Assembly (NCBI GenBank): GCA_014190235.1
Contig: BJGC01000008.1
Coordinates: forward strand, 139-64,138
Origin: Actinomycetes bacterium
GTDB taxonomy: Bacteria; Actinomycetota; Acidimicrobiia; Acidimicrobiales; Ilumatobacteraceae
DNA: 64,000 nt
Reading direction: 5' to 3'
The notes under the pieces are model-generated. The model saw nothing but the letters and a program-made list of their open reading frames with translations. It ran no database searches and had not been told where the DNA came from. Positions 60,983 to 64,000 of the stretch are shown here, in pieces. Each line of letters opens with the position of its first letter. The stretch's first letter is position 1. The position numbers and the translations under genes were made by a program.

Positions 60983-61981
60983 CTAGGCGTAGTCAACTGA
61001 CGCGTAATTCGCGAGTTTGTCCAGGCGATGCTGGGCGTCAATGAGGCGCACGGTGCCAGACAAAGAACGCATCACGAGACTTTGCGTGCGAGCACCGCGT
61101 GAATCAAAGCGAACACCACGGAGGAGTTCTCCGTCGGTGACTCCAGTTGCGGCAAAGAAACAATTATCACCCTTGACGAGATCATCAGAGGTGAGCACTT
61201 TGCTGAGGTCGTATCCAGCAGCGACTGCTGCGTTGCGCTCGAGTTCGTTTCGTGGCCACAGGCGACCTTGGATTTCTCCGCCCATGCATTTGAGAGCGGC
61301 TGCGGAGATGACTCCTTCCGGGGTGCCACCAATGCCGATCAAAATGTCAACACCGGCATCTGGCCATGATGTTGCAATTGAACCAAAGATATCTCCGTCG
61401 CTAATGAGTTTTATTCGGGCGCCAGTGCTGCGAACTTCTTCAATCAGTTCTGCGTGCCGGGGGCGATCCAGGATCATGACCGTAAGGTCGCGAACAGATT
61501 CTCCTTTTGCTTTTGCCACCCACCGCAAATTTGCGGTTGGAGTCGCAGTGATATCAATATGGCCAACAGCTTGAGGACCAACGACCATTTTTTCCATATA
61601 CATGCATGGACCCGGATCAAACATGGTGTCGCGCTCAGAAACTGCGATGACAGAGATGGCGTTCCCAAGGCCAAGAGATGTCAGAGTAGTGCCGTCAATT
61701 GGATCGACTGCGACGTCCGTGCGGGGTTGAGAACCATCACCAACATTTTCTCCATTAAAAAGCATTGGGGCGTCGTCTTTTTCTCCTTCACCGATGACGA
61801 CGATGCCGTCCATTGGCACAGTGGCAAGAACTGTGCGCATGGCCTCAACGGCCGCTCCGTCTGCGCCAATTTTGTCGCCGCGTCCTACCCACCGAGATCC
61901 GGCGAGTGCGGCGGACTCCGTGACTCGGACTAGTTCCATTGCAAGGTTGCGGTCTGGTTTTTGGGCGCGGCGTTCGTTCAT
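60983..61981 (-). CDS. glpX: class II fructose-1,6-bisphosphatase
   Basis: Trimmed to the ATG at 61981 ([27 protein letters not shown]...). Contains the DPIDGT motif. Confidence 0.9.
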   Translation of the reverse strand: MNERRAQKPDRNLAMELVRVTESAALAGSRWVGRGDKIGADGAAVEAMRTVLATVPMDGIVVIGEGEKDDAPMLFNGENVGDGSQPRTDVAVDPIDGTTLTSLGLGNAISVIAVSERDTMFDPGPCMYMEKMVVGPQAVGHIDITATPTANLRWVAKAKGESVRDLTVMILDRPRHAELIEEVRSTGARIKLISDGDIFGSIATSWPDAGVDILIGIGGTPEGVISAAALKCMGGEIQGRLWPRNELERNAAVAAGYDLSKVLTSDDLVKGDNCFFAATGVTDGELLRGVRFDSRGARTQSLVMRSLSGTVRLIDAQHRLDKLANYASVDYA

Positions 61982-62035
61982 TTCCCCCACCGTAGCAAGA
62001 CGGACTCCAGGGACAGGCTCTAGAGTTGCCAAAGC

Positions 62036-62458
62036 ATGAGTACCCGCAAACTGATCTTGACGGCGCTGATGTGTGGATTGGCCATTATGTTGGCTGGTGG
62101 CGTCAAGTTGTTTCAGACGGCAAACAATGAGAAAAAAGTCGAGATATTGGCTGTCGGGCAAGAGGTAGTGCTCGGGGATATGACCGTGTCAGTGAGGGCA
62201 ATAATTCAGGGCGATCAAGAAACCATCGCGACCGTGCAGATGATGGGCGTGGACGGAGCCGATGCGCGCGAAGGTTGGCGCTTGCTGACTGGAGCAACTG
62301 TGTTGCAGCCAGCCAAACAAACATCCCAAGGTGGCGTGTCCTGTGGCACAGTCAGCGTTGATATCCCCGTGCAGTGTGATGTAGTTTTTGCGCCCACAAC
62401 GGGGCGCATAACGGTGGCGTATCTACGCTCTGGGCTGCAAAGGCAATGGTCTAAATAA
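62036..62458 (+). CDS. membrane-anchored hypothetical protein
   Basis: 140 aa. N-terminal TM ([17 protein letters not shown]). Divergent from glpX. No recognised motif. Confidence 0.5.
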   Translation: MSTRKLILTALMCGLAIMLAGGVKLFQTANNEKKVEILAVGQEVVLGDMTVSVRAIIQGDQETIATVQMMGVDGADAREGWRLLTGATVLQPAKQTSQGGVSCGTVSVDIPVQCDVVFAPTTGRITVAYLRSGLQRQWSK

Positions 62459-62560
62459 CCAACAACGCTGCGCTGATGTCTGTCCCGCTACCGTAGGAAC
62501 TGATAACGGCGAACAAAGTTGTTCGTTTAAAAGAGAAAATGTTGGTTTTAGAGAGAAAGG

Positions 62561-63967
62561 GTGCCCGTGGCCGATCAATTCGACCTGGTGATTATTGGTG
62601 GTGGACCCGGAGGCTATGCGGCCGCGTTTTATGCTGCGTCTGCCGGGATGACAGTGGCGCTCGTAGAAAAAGACACAATTGGCGGGACATGCCTGAACCG
62701 CGGATGTATTCCGGCCAAAGCATTTTTAGAAACTGCCGCTATGCGTCGCCATGTGGAGCACGCCAAAGATTTTGGAATTGATTCAGTAATTGGTGTCACA
62801 GACTTTGCGGTGGCGCAGGCGCGAAAACAAAAAATTGTCAATGGTCTCGTCAAAGGCCTGACTGGTCTCACAAAAAACAAAAAAGTGGCATACCACTTGG
62901 GAGTCGGTTCTTTGGGTGCAGACAAGACCGTCACCGTGACTGCCGCAGACGGCACAACGACTCAACTGCGCGGCAACAATGTGGTGCTTGCAGCCGGAAG
63001 TGTTCCGCGAACAATTCCGGGATTCGAAATTGGTGGACCAATTATGACATCGGACGAAGTGTTGATGCTCGATCGTATTCCGGCTCGCATTGCCGTAATC
63101 GGCGGTGGCGCAATTGGATGCGAGTTTGCTTCGACGTTTATAGACCTTGGAGCGCAGGTCACCATTTTGGAAGGACTGCCCAAAATCCTTCCTGGGCTCG
63201 ATGCTGACGTAGCCAATGTAGTGGTGCGCAGTTTCCAAAAAAAGAAAATCGATATTCGCACTGGAGTAAGCGTGACGGGGCATACGCCAACTGCGAGCGG
63301 CGGAACAGTTGTTTCATTTGGTGACGGAGAAACACTCGAAGTTGATGCTGTCATTGTGTCGGTCGGTCGACGTCCATTTGCAGACAACCTTGGTCTTGGG
63401 GCGACACAAGTGAAAGTTTCTGATCGGGGCTTTGTCGAAGTAAACGAATACTGCGCAACAACCGAGAACGGCGTGTATGCAATTGGTGATCTTATTAATA
63501 CTCCACAACTCGCTCACGTTGCGTATGCCGAGGCGATCCTTGTTGTCAAACATATGCTCGGCGAGACAGCGATTCCGGTTGATTACGATCGCGTACCGTG
63601 GGCAATTTATTGCCATCCAGAAGTTGCGTGGGCTGGTCCAGGTGAAGAGGCTGCAATCGCAGCAGGGCACGATGTTTTGGTCGCCAAGCATCAGTTTCGT
63701 GCCAACAGTCGGGCACAGATATTGGGCGAGATTGATGGCCTCGTCAAGATCATCGCCAAGAAGAATCCAGATGGCACTGCGGGTCAGGTCCTAGGAGTGC
63801 ACATGGTGGGACCGTGGGTGACTGAACAGTTGGCGGCGGGTTACTTGGCGGTGAACTGGGAGGCATCGGTAGAAGAAATAGCGCATTTCATTCAGCCGCA
63901 TCCAAGTTTGTCTGAGCTTTTCGGCGAGACTGTGATGTCACTCACTGGTCGCGGAATCAACGTCTAG
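62561..63967 (+). CDS. lpd: dihydrolipoyl dehydrogenase
   Basis: 468 aa. FAD motif IIGGGPGGY, redox-active disulfide GTCLNRGCIPAK, NAD motif VIGGGAIGCE, C-terminal HPSLSE. Confidence 0.93.
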   Translation: MPVADQFDLVIIGGGPGGYAAAFYAASAGMTVALVEKDTIGGTCLNRGCIPAKAFLETAAMRRHVEHAKDFGIDSVIGVTDFAVAQARKQKIVNGLVKGLTGLTKNKKVAYHLGVGSLGADKTVTVTAADGTTTQLRGNNVVLAAGSVPRTIPGFEIGGPIMTSDEVLMLDRIPARIAVIGGGAIGCEFASTFIDLGAQVTILEGLPKILPGLDADVANVVVRSFQKKKIDIRTGVSVTGHTPTASGGTVVSFGDGETLEVDAVIVSVGRRPFADNLGLGATQVKVSDRGFVEVNEYCATTENGVYAIGDLINTPQLAHVAYAEAILVVKHMLGETAIPVDYDRVPWAIYCHPEVAWAGPGEEAAIAAGHDVLVAKHQFRANSRAQILGEIDGLVKIIAKKNPDGTAGQVLGVHMVGPWVTEQLAAGYLAVNWEASVEEIAHFIQPHPSLSELFGETVMSLTGRGINV

Positions 63968-63980
63968 GAGTTATTACAAC

Positions 63981-64000
63981 ATGGCAGATATCACGCTTCC
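63981..64000 (+). CDS. 5' end of a CDS (MADITLP...), possibly a 2-oxoacid dehydrogenase E2 lipoyl domain
   Basis: The ATG at 63981 is preceded by AGGAG at 63966-70. Only 6 codons are visible. The E2 guess rests on its position after lpd and on the I-x-(L/M)-P start typical of lipoyl domains. Confidence 0.3.

Overview
This window is a densely packed, almost entirely housekeeping chromosomal segment from a moderate-GC actinobacterium. The lineage call rests on a mycothiol-type MDMPI enzyme, a PASTA-domain protein, the gltX / tRNA-Gln / tRNA-Glu arrangement, long-form LeuA, and an IclR regulator divergent from leuCD. I call about 70 CDS and 2 tRNAs. They include: branched-chain amino-acid biosynthesis (leuA, leuCD, leuB, ilvE, cimA, serA); NAD biosynthesis (nadABC); iscS-mnmA; ligA; gltX; aceE, lpd and the start of a probable E2; glpX; kup; galT and galE; pyrF; greA; rnhA; a DEAD-box helicase; several transporters, SDRs and hydrolases. 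I saw no rRNA, CRISPR array, transposase, integrase, phage gene or recognisable defence gene, and no convincing novel multi-gene system. Genes are extremely compact, with many 4-nt ATGA overlaps and convergent gene ends that abut or overlap. Real non-coding space is limited to three gaps: about 650 bp at 21.6-22.3 kb, 267 bp at 36.2-36.5 kb and 340 bp at 46.1-46.4 kb. The most interesting signals are regulatory or domain-level. (1) A 27-codon leader ORF ending in four consecutive Ile codons, followed by two hairpins (the second with a U-tract), lies upstream of citramalate synthase. (2) Immediately upstream of that is a tight cluster of five DnaA-box-like TCCACA motifs, two of them perfect TTGTCCACA, far from any dnaA or dnaN. 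(3) An 11-codon Leu-Leu-Leu leader ORF plus an intrinsic terminator lies upstream of leuA. (4) A membrane PASTA protein has a kinase domain that has lost the Gly-loop, the beta3 Lys, the Mg-binding Asn and the DFG Asp, so it is a predicted pseudokinase. All functional assignments come from motif recognition by eye. No database search or RNA folding was run.
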